Below, one piece after another: positions 1 through 9,675 of a stretch of DNA of 40,000 nt. A program made the position numbers and the translations under genes. The stretch lies in NCBI RefSeq assembly GCF_015767275.1, contig NZ_JADWMY010000003.1:353249-393248 (forward strand). The letters are read 5' to 3'. The stretch's first letter is position 1. Every line of letters starts with the position of its first letter. The DNA comes from Herbaspirillum sp. AP02 (GTDB taxonomy: Bacteria; Pseudomonadota; Gammaproteobacteria; Burkholderiales; Burkholderiaceae_D). The notes under the pieces were generated by a model. That model searched no databases, was not told the origin of the DNA, and worked only from the letters and a program-made list of their open reading frames with translations.

Positions 1-1
1 A

Positions 2-1195
2 GGACAGCGGGATCATCACGTTGAAGTGCAGGTTGCCATCGCCCAGGTGGCCGAAGTTGATGATCTGCGCGGCGAGGCCGCAATCGGCGATGCGCGCCTC
101 GGCCTGCGCCACGAAGCCGGCGATGGCCGAGATCGGCAGGGCGATATCGTGCTTGATGACCTTGCCGGCGCGTACCTGCGCCTGCGAGATGCCTTCGCGG
201 ATTTTCCACAAGGCTGCGGCTTGCGTGCCGCTGGTGCAGAACATCGCATCGCTGATCGTTTCATCCTCCAGGGCCTGGCCCAGTACCTCTTCCAGCATCG
301 CCTGCAGGCCCAGGTCTTCGGTATCGGCCAATTCGATCAGGGCGTTGTAGGGCGTCGCCTGGGCCAGCGGGGCGCGGGTGTCCGTGACGTACTGCAGCAC
401 CAGTGCCAGTGAAGCAGCAGACATCATTTCAAAGGCTACCAGGCGGTCGCCGCAACGGGCACGGGTGCGTGCCAGCAGATCGGCGAGCTGCGCCGGCGAG
501 TCGGCACCCACCCAGGCGGTGGCACGGGCGTGCGGCTGCGAGAAGAGCTTCAGCACCGCGCCGGTGATCACGCCCAGCGTGCCTTCCGAGCCGATGAAGA
601 GATCCCGCAGGTCGTAGCCGGTATTGTCCTTGCGCAGGCCGCGCAGGCCGTTCCAGATACGTCCGTCGGGCAAGACCACTTCCAGCCCCAGGGCCAGTTC
701 GCGCATGTTGCCAAAGCGCAGCACGGCGATCCCGCCGGCATTGGTGGCGAGATTGCCGCCGACCGTGCAGCTGCCCTCGGCGCCCAGGCTCAGCGGGAAA
801 TAGCGTCCCGCGCTGCGTGCCGCCTCCTGCGCATGCGCCAGGATCACGCCGGCATCCACGGTCATGGTGTTGTTGATGGGGTCGACCTCGCGCACACGGT
901 TCATGCGGGTGGTGGACAGGATCACCTGGGCGCCGCTGTCGTCAGGCGTGGCACCACCGCTCATGCCGGTGTTGCCACCCTGGGTCACGATGGGGGTGTG
1001 GGTGAGATGGCACAGCCGCACCACCTCGGCGGTCTGCGCCGTGTCGGCCGGGCGCACTACCACCGCCACGCGGCCCTGCCACTTGCCGAGCCAGTCCTTG
1101 AGATAGGGCGCCTGGGCCTCGGCCTCGGTGACCAGTCCGGCATCGCCGACGATGGCGTGCAACTGGCGGATCAGTTCCTGGGTGTTCTCGCTCAT
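2..1195 (-). CDS. FAD-linked oxidase (GlcD / D-2-hydroxyacid dehydrogenase family), C-terminus cut by the window edge
   Basis: Absent from the supplied ORF track because it has no in-window stop. Manual reverse-complement translation from ATG 1195-1193 gives MSENTQELIRQLHAIVGDAGLVTEAEAQAPYLKDWLGKWQGRVAVVVRPADTAQTAEV. At the window edge it reads INFGHLGDGNLHFNVMIPLS, containing the GHxGDGNxH motif of this family. I checked the frame at both ends only. Confidence 0.8.
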   Translation of the reverse strand, partial: MSENTQELIRQLHAIVGDAGLVTEAEAQAPYLKDWLGKWQGRVAVVVRPADTAQTAEVVRLCHLTHTPIVTQGGNTGMSGGATPDDSGAQVILSTTRMNRVREVDPINNTMTVDAGVILAHAQEAARSAGRYFPLSLGAEGSCTVGGNLATNAGGIAVLRFGNMRELALGLEVVLPDGRIWNGLRGLRKDNTGYDLRDLFIGSEGTLGVITGAVLKLFSQPHARATAWVGADSPAQLADLLARTRARCGDRLVAFEMMSAASLALVLQYVTDTRAPLAQATPYNALIELADTEDLGLQAMLEEVLGQALEDETISDAMFCTSGTQAAALWKIREGISQAQVRAGKVIKHDIALPISAIAGFVAQAEARIADCGLAAQIINFGHLGDGNLHFNVMIPLS

Positions 1196-1203
1196 GTCAG
1201 ACC

Positions 1204-1890
1204 TCATGCTCCATGCCAGTTCATCTTGATGCGGCCGATGGCCATTGCCGCAGCGGCCTGGCTGGGCTCGACCACGGGCAGGCCCAGCGCCTGCTGCAGG
1301 GGATCGCGATAGGCCGCCATGCCGGCGCAGCCCATGACGAGGACATCGGCACCATGTTCGTCGCGCAGGCGGCGACCGACCTCGATCATGCGCGCCAGGG
1401 TGCGTTCGTATTGCGCCAGTTCGGTCACGTTCAGGCCGATGGCCAGCTCGCCGGCCAGCCGTGCCTGCACCCCCATGGCGCCATAGGCGCGCAGGTGGCG
1501 CGGGATCGAGCCCGGCAGGATGGCGATCACGCCAAAGCGCTGGCCCAGCGTGAGGGCGGTCAATACACCGCTTTCCATGATGCCCAGCACCGGCACGTCC
1601 ACCGCCTCGCGCACCGCATGCAGGCCGGGATCGGAGTAGCAGGCAATCACGAAGCCTGCGGCCCGGGGACGCAAGGAGCGCGCCAGCGCCACCAGTTGCG
1701 GCGCCACGCTGTCCACGTCCTGCTGGGTCTGGATGCCGGGTGGCCCCGACTGCAGCGACAGGCATGCGATGGCCGGGCCGCCCGCCATGCGCAGCGGCGC
1801 CATGGCGGCGTCGATGCCGCGCGTGACAGCGGCCGTACTATTGGGATTGATGATGAACAGTGCAGGGCCGTCGGCCGGGACAATGGACAT
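1204..1890 (-). CDS. Asp/Glu/hydantoin racemase family protein (hydantoin-racemase-like)
   Basis: 228 aa. N-terminal LFIINPNSTAAVT resembles the hydantoin racemase IxVINPN motif. The two family cysteines sit in FVIACYSDPGL and VLVMGCAGMA. The gene lies 8 nt upstream of the FAD oxidase start on the same strand. Confidence 0.8.
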   Translation of the reverse strand: MSIVPADGPALFIINPNSTAAVTRGIDAAMAPLRMAGGPAIACLSLQSGPPGIQTQQDVDSVAPQLVALARSLRPRAAGFVIACYSDPGLHAVREAVDVPVLGIMESGVLTALTLGQRFGVIAILPGSIPRHLRAYGAMGVQARLAGELAIGLNVTELAQYERTLARMIEVGRRLRDEHGADVLVMGCAGMAAYRDPLQQALGLPVVEPSQAAAAMAIGRIKMNWHGA

Positions 1891-2018
1891 GATGGTTTCT
1901 CGCGGGTTCTCGCAAAACAGGAGTCAGCACAGGCAAGGACTGTACCCCAGGCCGACGGGCATGCTCCTTGCTCATTTGTCGGTTCCCCTTAACATGCTGT
2001 TATGCGCGACGAGGATCC

Positions 2019-2963
2019 ATGGCACTGAACCTGCGTCAGATCGAGGTATTCCGGGCGGTCATGACGACCGGTTCCATCAGCGGCGCCTCGCAATTGCTGT
2101 TCGTCTCCCAGCCTGCGGTGAGCCGCCTGCTGTCCCACACCGAGCAACGGGTGGGCTTCGCCCTGTTCGAACGCATCAAGGGCCGGCTCTATGCCACGCC
2201 GGAGGCCAAGAAACTGTTCCATGAGGTGGAGCACGTCTACCAGGCCGTGCAGCGCGTCAACGAGCTGGCCACCGACCTCTCGGAAAACCGCAGCGGCATC
2301 CTCAACATCGTCTCCAGTCCCAGCATCGGCCAGATGCTGATCCCGCAGGCCATCGCCCTGTTCCGCAACCGACATCCGGATGTCAAGCTGACCTTTCATT
2401 GCCTCAATTACGGCTATCTGAAGGATCGCCTGCTGGCGCGCCAGGCCGACCTGGGCATCATCATCCTGCCCATGGAACATCCCAGCCTGCAGGTCACGCC
2501 CCTGTGCAGCAACCGACTGGTGTGCGTGCTGCCCTACAACCATGAACTGACCCGGCGCGGCACCCTGAGCCTGGCCGATCTGCGGCCCTTCCCGCTGATC
2601 TCCTACAACCGCGATTCCCCCTTCGGCGGCATCGTCGGCCGCTTCTACCAGTCCGAGGAAGAGCCCTTGCGACCGATCATGGAAGTGGGCTCGCCGCAGA
2701 ACGCCTGTTCGCTGGTGCAGATGGGGGCCGGGGTGGCGCTGGTGGATGAATTCTCGGTACGCAGCTGGGCCGGTACCAGCCAGATGGTGGTGCGTCCGGT
2801 GGCGCGCGCGCCCATCCTGCGGGCCAACCTGGTGCATGTGCGCACCGAGCCGCTGTCGCAGCTGACCCAGGCCTTCGTCGCCGAGCTGCAGCAGCTGGTG
2901 CGGGCCCAGGGCTACGGCCTGCCGCATGAAGAGGTGGTCAATGCTATCGATGGCGAGCATTAA
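2019..2963 (+). CDS. LysR-family transcriptional regulator
   Basis: Track ORF 1968..2963. I prefer the internal ATG at 2019, giving MALNLRQIEVFRAVMTTGSISGASQLLFVSQPAVSRLL, a typical LysR HTH N-terminus. Divergent from the racemase/oxidase pair. Confidence 0.85.
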   Translation: MALNLRQIEVFRAVMTTGSISGASQLLFVSQPAVSRLLSHTEQRVGFALFERIKGRLYATPEAKKLFHEVEHVYQAVQRVNELATDLSENRSGILNIVSSPSIGQMLIPQAIALFRNRHPDVKLTFHCLNYGYLKDRLLARQADLGIIILPMEHPSLQVTPLCSNRLVCVLPYNHELTRRGTLSLADLRPFPLISYNRDSPFGGIVGRFYQSEEEPLRPIMEVGSPQNACSLVQMGAGVALVDEFSVRSWAGTSQMVVRPVARAPILRANLVHVRTEPLSQLTQAFVAELQQLVRAQGYGLPHEEVVNAIDGEH

Positions 2964-3086
2964 CACCACGTTAAGGCGTGCGCACAAAAAGGCATGCGAC
3001 AAGCACGGATGACTCCACGACAATCGTTTCCATCCTGTCCGGCCTGGCCCAGCGCCCGGTCGCCGCTGCCACCATCTCTTCATGGA

Positions 3087-4037
3087 ATGTCGCGCATGTC
3101 TTCTTCGTCCACCTCTGCTTCTTCGCTGGCCACCGCACGCGGTGTCTACACCATCTGCCCCACACCCTTCCACGCCGATGGCGGTCTGGACCTGGGCAGC
3201 ATTGCCACCCTGGTCGAGTTCCAGATCCAGGCCGGCGTCTCGGGCCTGGCCATCCTCGGTTTCCTGGGCGAGGCGCACAAGCTCTCCAATGCCGAACGGC
3301 GCGCCGTGACCGCCACCTTCGTCAAGTGCGCCGCCGGTCGCGTGCCAGTCTGGGTCGGGGTGCGCGCACTGGGCCTGGCCGGTGCCATCGAGCAAGCCAC
3401 CGAAGCCGCCGAGGCCGGCGCTGCCGCCGTCTTCGCCGCACCGCTGGACATGGCCTCGGACGCCGTGCAGTTCGATTACTACAAGTCGCTGGCGGCGGCC
3501 CTGAACATCCCGGTGGTGATCCACGATTTCCCCGACTCCTTCGGCACCGAGATCAAGGCCGAAGTGATCGCCCGCCTGGGCCGCGAAGGCGGAGTCAACT
3601 TCATCAAGATGGAAGAGCCGCCGGTAGGCCAGAAGATCAGCCGCATCCGCGACCTGGCCGGCGAATCCATGCGCATCTTCGGTGGCCTGGGCGGGGTGTA
3701 CTTCCTGGAAGAGCTGCAGCGCGGTGCGGTCGGCACCATGACCGGCTTTGCCTTCCCTGAAATCCTGGTGCGCATCTATGACCAGTTCGCCGCTGGCGAC
3801 CTGGCCGGCGCGGCGGCCACCTTCGACAAGTATTGCCCGCTCATCCGCTATGAATTCCAGCCCAAGATCGGCCTGTCGCTGCGCAAGTATGTCTACCGCA
3901 AGCGCGGCGTCATCGCCAGCGACGCCATCCGCTCGCCGGGCATGCGCATCGATCCCGAGACCGAGCGCGAACTGGAAGCCGTGATCGCCCGCGTGGGCCT
4001 GGACCTCAACCAGCGCGGCGCGCTGGTCATCCAGTAA
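3087..4037 (+). CDS. Dihydrodipicolinate synthase (DapA/DHDPS) family lyase
   Basis: Track ORF 2994..4037. Contains GVYTICPTPFHADGGLDLGSIATLVEFQIQAGVSGLAILGFLGEAHKLSNAERRAV, typical of the DHDPS/NAL family. Start is uncertain: ATG 3087 or 3096, and neither has a clear SD. Confidence 0.75.
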   Translation: MSRMSSSSTSASSLATARGVYTICPTPFHADGGLDLGSIATLVEFQIQAGVSGLAILGFLGEAHKLSNAERRAVTATFVKCAAGRVPVWVGVRALGLAGAIEQATEAAEAGAAAVFAAPLDMASDAVQFDYYKSLAAALNIPVVIHDFPDSFGTEIKAEVIARLGREGGVNFIKMEEPPVGQKISRIRDLAGESMRIFGGLGGVYFLEELQRGAVGTMTGFAFPEILVRIYDQFAAGDLAGAAATFDKYCPLIRYEFQPKIGLSLRKYVYRKRGVIASDAIRSPGMRIDPETERELEAVIARVGLDLNQRGALVIQ

Positions 4038-4047
4038 GGAGCCGCGC

Positions 4048-4836
4048 ATGGACCTGGGAATCGCCGGACGTCGCGCACTGGTCTGCGCCTCCAGCAAGGG
4101 GCTGGGCCTGGCTTGTGCCATCTCGCTGGCGCGCGAAGGCGTGGCCGTGACCATGACCGCACGCGGTGCCGAGGCGCTGGAGGCAGCCGCGCAGCAGGTG
4201 CGTGAGGCTGCCGGTGCCGCCGGTGCCACCGTCATCGCCGTGGCCGGCGACATCACCACGCCCGAAGGCCGCGCCCTGGCGCTGGCGGCCTGTCCCGATC
4301 CGGACATCCTCATCACCAACGCCGGTGGTCCCAAGCCCGGCGACTTCCGCGAGTGGTCACGGGAAGACTGGATCGCCGCCGTGGACGCCAACATGCTCAC
4401 CCCCATCGAGCTCATCAAGGCCACCGTGGACGGCATGATGAAGCGCGGCTTCGGTCGCATCGTCAACATCACCTCCGGTGCAGTGAAGGCGCCCATCGAC
4501 ATCCTCGGCCTGTCCAACGGCGCACGCTCCGGGCTGACCGGTTTCGTCGCCGGCCTGGCGCGCAAGACCGTGGCCCACAACGTGACCATCAACAACCTGC
4601 TGCCGGGCCCGTTCGAGACCGATCGCCTGCTGGCCACGGCCGCCGCCGCTGCTCGTGGGACCGACAAGAGCGTGGAGCAGGTCCTGGCGGCCCGCCGCGC
4701 CGCCAATCCGGCCGGACGTTTCGGCCAGCCCGGCGAATTCGGCGATGCCTGTGCCTGGCTGTGCAGCGCCCAGGCCGGCTTCGTCACCGGGCAGAACCTG
4801 CTGATGGATGGCGGCGCCTATCCCGGCACTTTCTGA
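4048..4836 (+). CDS. SDR-family oxidoreductase
   Basis: 262 aa. N-terminal ALVCASSKGLGLA is a TGxxxGxG-like Rossmann motif; NAGG and NITSG motifs are present. SD-like AAGGAG lies 7 nt upstream of the start. Confidence 0.85.
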   Translation: MDLGIAGRRALVCASSKGLGLACAISLAREGVAVTMTARGAEALEAAAQQVREAAGAAGATVIAVAGDITTPEGRALALAACPDPDILITNAGGPKPGDFREWSREDWIAAVDANMLTPIELIKATVDGMMKRGFGRIVNITSGAVKAPIDILGLSNGARSGLTGFVAGLARKTVAHNVTINNLLPGPFETDRLLATAAAAARGTDKSVEQVLAARRAANPAGRFGQPGEFGDACAWLCSAQAGFVTGQNLLMDGGAYPGTF

Positions 4837-4860
4837 ACGCAGACTCCGATAAGGAAGGCA

Positions 4861-6339
4861 ATGAGCATGGACTTCGACCTCACCATCCGCAACGGCCGCA
4901 TCTCCACCGACCGTGACACCTTCGTGGCCGACATCGGCGTCAAGGATGGCGTGATCGTGCGCATCGCACCGGGCCTGTCGCCCGGGCGCGAAGACATCGA
5001 CGCGGCCGGTCGCTGGGTGCTGCCCGGTGGCATCGACAGTCACTGCCACATCGAACAGCTTTCCGGCATGGGCATGATGTGTGCCGACGATTTCTATTCC
5101 GGCACCGTGTCGGCGGCCTTCGGCGGCACCACCACCATCATTCCCTTCGCCGCCCAGCATCGCGGCAAGCGCATTCCCGACGTCATTGCCGACTACGCGC
5201 AACGCGCCCGTGAAAAGGCGGTGATCGACTACGGCTTCCACCTGATCCTGGCCGATCCCGACGAGCAGGCACTGCAACACGACCTGCCGCAGGCCATCCG
5301 CGACGGCATCACCTCGCTGAAGGTCTACATGACCTACAACGCCTTGAAGCTGGACGACTACCAATTGCTGGACGTGATGGCGCTGGCCGGCAGGGAAGGG
5401 GCGCTGGTGATGATCCACGCCGAGAACCACGACATGATCCGCTGGCTCGCCTCGCGCCTGCTGGACCAGGGCCATACCGCACCCAAGTTCCACGCAGTGG
5501 CGCACGACCCGCTGGCCGAAGCCGAAGCCAGCAACCGCGCCATTGCACTGTCGCGCCTGATCGGCGTGCCGGTACTGATCGTGCACGTGGCCGGCGCCGA
5601 AACCGTGCAGACCATCCGCAACGCCAAGCTGCTGGGCGCGCAGATCTATGCCGAGAGCTGCCCGCAATACCTGTTCCTCACCGCCGAGGATATCGACCTG
5701 CCCGGTGTGGAAGGCGCCAAGTATTGCTGCAGCCCGCCGCCGCGCGACGCCAATGCCCAGGAGGCGGTCTGGGCCGGCCTCAAGGATGGCACGCTGGGCA
5801 TGTATTCCTCCGACCATGCGCCTTACCGCTTCGACGAAAGCGGCAAGCTGCCGCGTGGCGAAGACACCACCTTCAAGGAAATGGCCAATGGTGTGCCCGG
5901 TATCGAACTGCGCCTGCCACTGCTGTTTTCCGAAGGCGTGCTGGGCGGGCGCATCGACATCCACGAATTCGTGCGCCTGACCGCCACCAATCACGCCCAC
6001 ATGTATGGCCTGTCGCACTGCAAGGGCAACATCGCCGAGGGCCTGGATGCCGACCTGGTGATCTGGAACCCCGAACGCGAGACCACCATCACCGCCGACC
6101 TGTTGCACGACAACGTTGGCTACACCCCCTATGAAGGCCGGCAGATCAAGGGCTGGCCGGAGGTGGTCACCAGCCGAGGCCGGGTGGTGGTCAGCGAGGG
6201 CGAACTGAAAGTGCAGCGCGGATCGGGCCGCTATATCGCGCGCCAGTGTCCGGAACCGGCCAGCATCACGCAACGGCCGACGCGCAGCCATCTGCCGGGC
6301 TTGCTCGGCCTCAAGGGAAAAGCATGGGAGCAGCAATGA
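4861..6339 (+). CDS. D-hydantoinase / dihydropyrimidinase (cyclic amidohydrolase)
   Basis: 492 aa. Metal-binding signature GGIDSHCHIE, KVYMTY (position of the carbamylated lysine), MIHAENHD, IVHVAG and YSSDHAPY. These are the classic dihydropyrimidinase/hydantoinase motifs. Confidence 0.9.
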   Translation: MSMDFDLTIRNGRISTDRDTFVADIGVKDGVIVRIAPGLSPGREDIDAAGRWVLPGGIDSHCHIEQLSGMGMMCADDFYSGTVSAAFGGTTTIIPFAAQHRGKRIPDVIADYAQRAREKAVIDYGFHLILADPDEQALQHDLPQAIRDGITSLKVYMTYNALKLDDYQLLDVMALAGREGALVMIHAENHDMIRWLASRLLDQGHTAPKFHAVAHDPLAEAEASNRAIALSRLIGVPVLIVHVAGAETVQTIRNAKLLGAQIYAESCPQYLFLTAEDIDLPGVEGAKYCCSPPPRDANAQEAVWAGLKDGTLGMYSSDHAPYRFDESGKLPRGEDTTFKEMANGVPGIELRLPLLFSEGVLGGRIDIHEFVRLTATNHAHMYGLSHCKGNIAEGLDADLVIWNPERETTITADLLHDNVGYTPYEGRQIKGWPEVVTSRGRVVVSEGELKVQRGSGRYIARQCPEPASITQRPTRSHLPGLLGLKGKAWEQQ

Positions 6340-7298
6340 ACGCAAGCAAGGACAAACGCTTCGGCCTGGCCGTGGCGCAGATGGGGCCGGTGCAACTGGC
6401 CGAGGATCGTGCCACCGTGGTGCGCCGCCTGCTGGAGATGATGCGTGAAGCCGCCTCGCGCGGCGCGAAGATGGTGGTCTTCCCCGAACTGGCACTGACC
6501 ACCTTCTTCCCGCGTTACTGGATGGAAGACCAGGCCGAGGTCGATGCCCGTTTCTTCGAAGCCGAGATGCCGGGGCCGCAGACCCGCCCGCTGTTCGAAC
6601 TGGCGGCGCAACTGGGCATCGGCTTCTATCTCGGCTATGCCGAACTGACCGCCGACGGCCATCACTACAACACCGCCATCCTGGTCGATGACAAGGCGCA
6701 GATCGTGGCGCGGTATCGCAAGATCCACCTGCCCGGCCATAGCGATCACAAGCCCGAGGCGCCGTTCCAGCACCTGGAAAAGAAGTACTTCGAGGTCGGC
6801 AACGATGGCTTCGGCGTCACCGACATGCTGGGCACCCGCATCGGCCAATGCCTGTGCAACGACCGCCGCTGGCCCGAGACCTATCGCGTCATGAGCCTGC
6901 AGAGCGCACGCATCGTCACGCTGGGCTACAACACGCCGTCCTGGAACATCCACTGGAACGAGCCGCCGCACCTGCGCATGTTCCACCACCTGCTGTCGCT
7001 GCAGGCCAATGCCTACCAGAACGGCCTGTGGGTGGCGGCCGCCGCCAAGTGCGGGTTTGAAGACGGTTTCCACATGATCGGCGGCTCGGCCATCGTCGCG
7101 CCTTCCGGCGAGATCGTGGCGCAGGCCCAGGGCGAGGAAGACGAAGTGATCTTCGCCAACTGCGACCTGGGCCTGGGCGAGACCTTCCTGCAGCACGTCT
7201 TCAATTTCGCCAAGCACCGTCGTCCCGAACACTACCGTCTCATCGTCGAACGTACCGGTGCCGGCGAGCCGCTGGCGCCCTCCGAACTGTCCACCTGA
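6336..7298 (+). CDS. N-carbamoyl-D-amino-acid hydrolase (D-carbamoylase, nitrilase superfamily)
   Basis: Track ORF 6246..7298. The ATG at 6336 overlaps the hydantoinase stop (ATGA at 6336-6339), with GGGAG 5 nt upstream. Strings VVFPELALTTFFPR, YRKIHLPGH, FQHLEKKYFE, CNDRRWPE and FHHLLSLQA match my recollection of the Agrobacterium D-carbamoylase, including the Glu/Lys/Cys triad contexts. Confidence 0.85.
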   Translation: MNASKDKRFGLAVAQMGPVQLAEDRATVVRRLLEMMREAASRGAKMVVFPELALTTFFPRYWMEDQAEVDARFFEAEMPGPQTRPLFELAAQLGIGFYLGYAELTADGHHYNTAILVDDKAQIVARYRKIHLPGHSDHKPEAPFQHLEKKYFEVGNDGFGVTDMLGTRIGQCLCNDRRWPETYRVMSLQSARIVTLGYNTPSWNIHWNEPPHLRMFHHLLSLQANAYQNGLWVAAAAKCGFEDGFHMIGGSAIVAPSGEIVAQAQGEEDEVIFANCDLGLGETFLQHVFNFAKHRRPEHYRLIVERTGAGEPLAPSELST

Positions 7299-7335
7299 AT
7301 CCTGTCCACCTTCCACCCAATCGAGGAGTGTTGCG

Positions 7336-8208
7336 ATGTTGCCCTTCCTGGCCCTGCCGTCCAAGTTATCCCTGAAGTGTTCCCTGCTGGTCGCCCTGTC
7401 GGCCAGCGCGCTGCTGTCGGCCGGGGCATTCGCCCAGGGCGCGCCGCTGCGCACCGGCGTGGATGCCACCTTCGCCCCGCATGCCATGGTCAAGCTGGGC
7501 GGCGGCCTGCAAGGCTTCAACATCGACCTGGGTGAAGAACTGGCGCGCCGCCTGGGCCGCAAGATCGAGATCGAAGGCACCGAATTCTCCGGTCTGGTGC
7601 CGGGCCTGAACGCCAAGAAATACGACTTCGTGCTGGCACCGGTCACCGCCACCCCCGAGCGCGCCAAGGCCATGCTCTTCACCGAGGGCTATCTCGATAC
7701 CGACTACACCTTCGTCATCAAGAAGGGCGCGCCCGCCATCACCGGCCTGGAAGACCTCAAGGGCAAGACCATCTCGGTCAACAAGGGCTCGGCCTATGAA
7801 CTGTGGGCGCGTGACAATGCGCCCAAGTACGGCTTCAAATACGACGTCTACGGCAACAACGCCGATGCCGTGCAGGCGGTGCAATCGGGCCGTGCCGACG
7901 CCAACCTGGCTGGCAGCACGGTAGCGGCCTGGGCCGCCAAGCAGAACCCGGCCGTGCAGACCACCTATACCGTCAAGACCGGTCTGGTCTGGGCCCTGGC
8001 CTTCCGCCTGGACGACAAGGCCGGCCGCGACGCCGCCGGCATGGCCCTCAAGTGCATGAAGCAGGACGGCACGATGGGCAAGATCGCCCAGAAGTGGTTC
8101 GGCTATACGCCCGCACCAGACGCCACCGTGGTCAAGGTCGGCGTGGGGCAGGGCGTGCCGGGCCTGGATGGCTACGACCCGACACCGGTCACGCTCAAGT
8201 GCCACTGA
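7336..8208 (+). CDS. Polar amino-acid ABC transporter periplasmic substrate-binding protein (family 3)
   Basis: Track ORF 7258..8208. The ATG at 7336 is preceded by GAGGAG (7323-7328). Signal peptide MLPFLALPSKLSLKCSLLVALSASALLSAGAFAQG. Family-3 SBP-like core: GVDATFAPH, KYDFVLAPVTATPER. Confidence 0.85.
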   Translation: MLPFLALPSKLSLKCSLLVALSASALLSAGAFAQGAPLRTGVDATFAPHAMVKLGGGLQGFNIDLGEELARRLGRKIEIEGTEFSGLVPGLNAKKYDFVLAPVTATPERAKAMLFTEGYLDTDYTFVIKKGAPAITGLEDLKGKTISVNKGSAYELWARDNAPKYGFKYDVYGNNADAVQAVQSGRADANLAGSTVAAWAAKQNPAVQTTYTVKTGLVWALAFRLDDKAGRDAAGMALKCMKQDGTMGKIAQKWFGYTPAPDATVVKVGVGQGVPGLDGYDPTPVTLKCH

Positions 8209-8238
8209 TCCCGGCCTTTTTCACCGGATGACCCACCC

Positions 8239-8988
8239 ATGAACCTTGCCGCCCCCATCCTCGAAATCGTCGGCCTGCACAAGTCCTATGAAGGCAATAC
8301 GGTCTTGCGCGGCATCGACCTGCGCGTGCGCACCGGCCAGCTGATCTGCGTGATCGGCCCGTCCGGCTCGGGCAAGAGCACCATGCTGCGCTGCTGTAAC
8401 CGGCTGGAAGAACCCAGCGCCGGGCAGATCGTGGTGGACGGGGTGGACATCATGCATGCCCGCACCGACCTCAACGCCGTGCGCCAGCAGATCGGCATGG
8501 TGTTCCAGCAGTTCAACCTGTACCCGCACCTGAGCGTGCTGGGCAATGTGATGCTGGCCCTGAAGAAGGTGCAGAAGCACTCGCATGCCGAGGCCGAAGC
8601 CCGTGCACGGCGGGCGCTGGAGCAGGTGGGCATGCTGGAAAAGGCGGCCGCCTATCCCGGCCAGTTGTCCGGCGGCCAGCAGCAGCGCGTGGGCATTGCC
8701 CGCGGCATCGCCCTGCAGCCCAAGGTGATGCTGTTCGACGAACCCACCAGCGCGCTCGACCCCGAGCTGGTGGGCAGCGTGCTACAGGTCATGCGCCAGT
8801 TGCGCGAGGCCGGCATGACCATGCTGGTGGTCACCCACGAGATGGCCTTCGCCCGCGCGGCGGCCGACCGCGTGGTGTTCATGGATGGTGGCGTGATCGT
8901 CGAGGAAGGTCCGCCCGAACAGATCTTCGGCGATCCGCAACAGGCCCGCACCAAGGCCTTCGTGGCCCGCTACGCCGCACAGCACTGA
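8239..8988 (+). CDS. Polar amino-acid ABC transporter ATP-binding protein
   Basis: 249 aa. Walker [10 protein letters not shown], signature LSGGQQQRV, Walker [12 protein letters not shown]. GlnQ/HisP-like. Confidence 0.9.
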   Translation: MNLAAPILEIVGLHKSYEGNTVLRGIDLRVRTGQLICVIGPSGSGKSTMLRCCNRLEEPSAGQIVVDGVDIMHARTDLNAVRQQIGMVFQQFNLYPHLSVLGNVMLALKKVQKHSHAEAEARARRALEQVGMLEKAAAYPGQLSGGQQQRVGIARGIALQPKVMLFDEPTSALDPELVGSVLQVMRQLREAGMTMLVVTHEMAFARAAADRVVFMDGGVIVEEGPPEQIFGDPQQARTKAFVARYAAQH

Positions 8989-8991
8989 GCC

Positions 8992-9663
8992 ATGGAGCAA
9001 TTCCTCTTTACCTTCTTCAATGCCGAGATCGCCGCCCGCTACTGGCCGGACATCCTGCGCGGCATGGGCGTCACCGTCCTGCTGAGCCTGGCCGTGATCG
9101 GCGCCGGGCTGCTGCTGGGCCTGTTGCTGGCGGTGCTGCGCGCCACCGGCAAGCGCGGCCTGGTGTTCATGGTGGTGGCCTTCGCCGATGTCATGCGGGC
9201 CTTGCCGCCGCTGATCCTGATCATCGTGCTGTTCTTCGCCTTCCCCTATATCGACCTGTCCATGTCGTCCTTCACCGCCACCTGGCTGGCGCTGAGCCTG
9301 GTGCTGGCCGCCTACGCCGAGGAAAGCATCTGGGCCGGCATCGCCTCCTTGCCGCGTGGCCAGAGCGAAGCGGCGCGCTCCACCGGCCTGTCCTGGGGCC
9401 AGACCATGGCCGCGGTGATCCTGCCGCAGGCCCTGCGCATGGCCGTGCCGGCACTGACCAACCGTGTCATTTCGATCACCAAGAACACCGCGCTGGGCTC
9501 GGTGGTGGCCCTGTCGGAAATCCTCAATACCGTCCAGGCCGCCAGCAGCAATGCCGGCAATCCCACGCCGCTGATGCTGGGGGCGGCGGCCTACCTGCTG
9601 ATCTTCATTCCGGTGGTCTTGTTCGCGCGCTGGCTGGAAACCCGCTGGCGCTGGAAACGATAG
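8992..9663 (+). CDS. Amino-acid ABC transporter permease (His/Glu/Gln/Arg/opine family)
   Basis: 223 aa, multi-TM. EAA-loop-like SLPRGQSEAARSTGLSWGQTMAAVILPQALR. Confidence 0.9.
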   Translation: MEQFLFTFFNAEIAARYWPDILRGMGVTVLLSLAVIGAGLLLGLLLAVLRATGKRGLVFMVVAFADVMRALPPLILIIVLFFAFPYIDLSMSSFTATWLALSLVLAAYAEESIWAGIASLPRGQSEAARSTGLSWGQTMAAVILPQALRMAVPALTNRVISITKNTALGSVVALSEILNTVQAASSNAGNPTPLMLGAAAYLLIFIPVVLFARWLETRWRWKR

Positions 9664-9675
9664 GAGAGGGCGCAC

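Noticed and set aside
530-1312. 260-aa plus-strand ORF and other plus-strand ORFs at 21..617
   Set aside because: They are antisense to the FAD-linked oxidase, which I verified by manual translation (start context and GHLGDGNLH motif). The oxidase is missing from the track only because its stop lies outside the window.
1989-4787. 932-aa minus-strand ORF. Similar giants are 4357..6495(-), 6231..7682(-), 18655..20931(-), 21529..24057(-), 25897..27135(-), 27217..28455(-), 28733..30382(-) and 31768..33594(+).
   Set aside because: They are typical stop-poor antisense frames of high-GC DNA. The translations are low-complexity (R/A/G/H/Q-rich) with no recognisable motifs. In every case the opposite strand encodes proteins with clear family signatures and sensible start/SD contexts.
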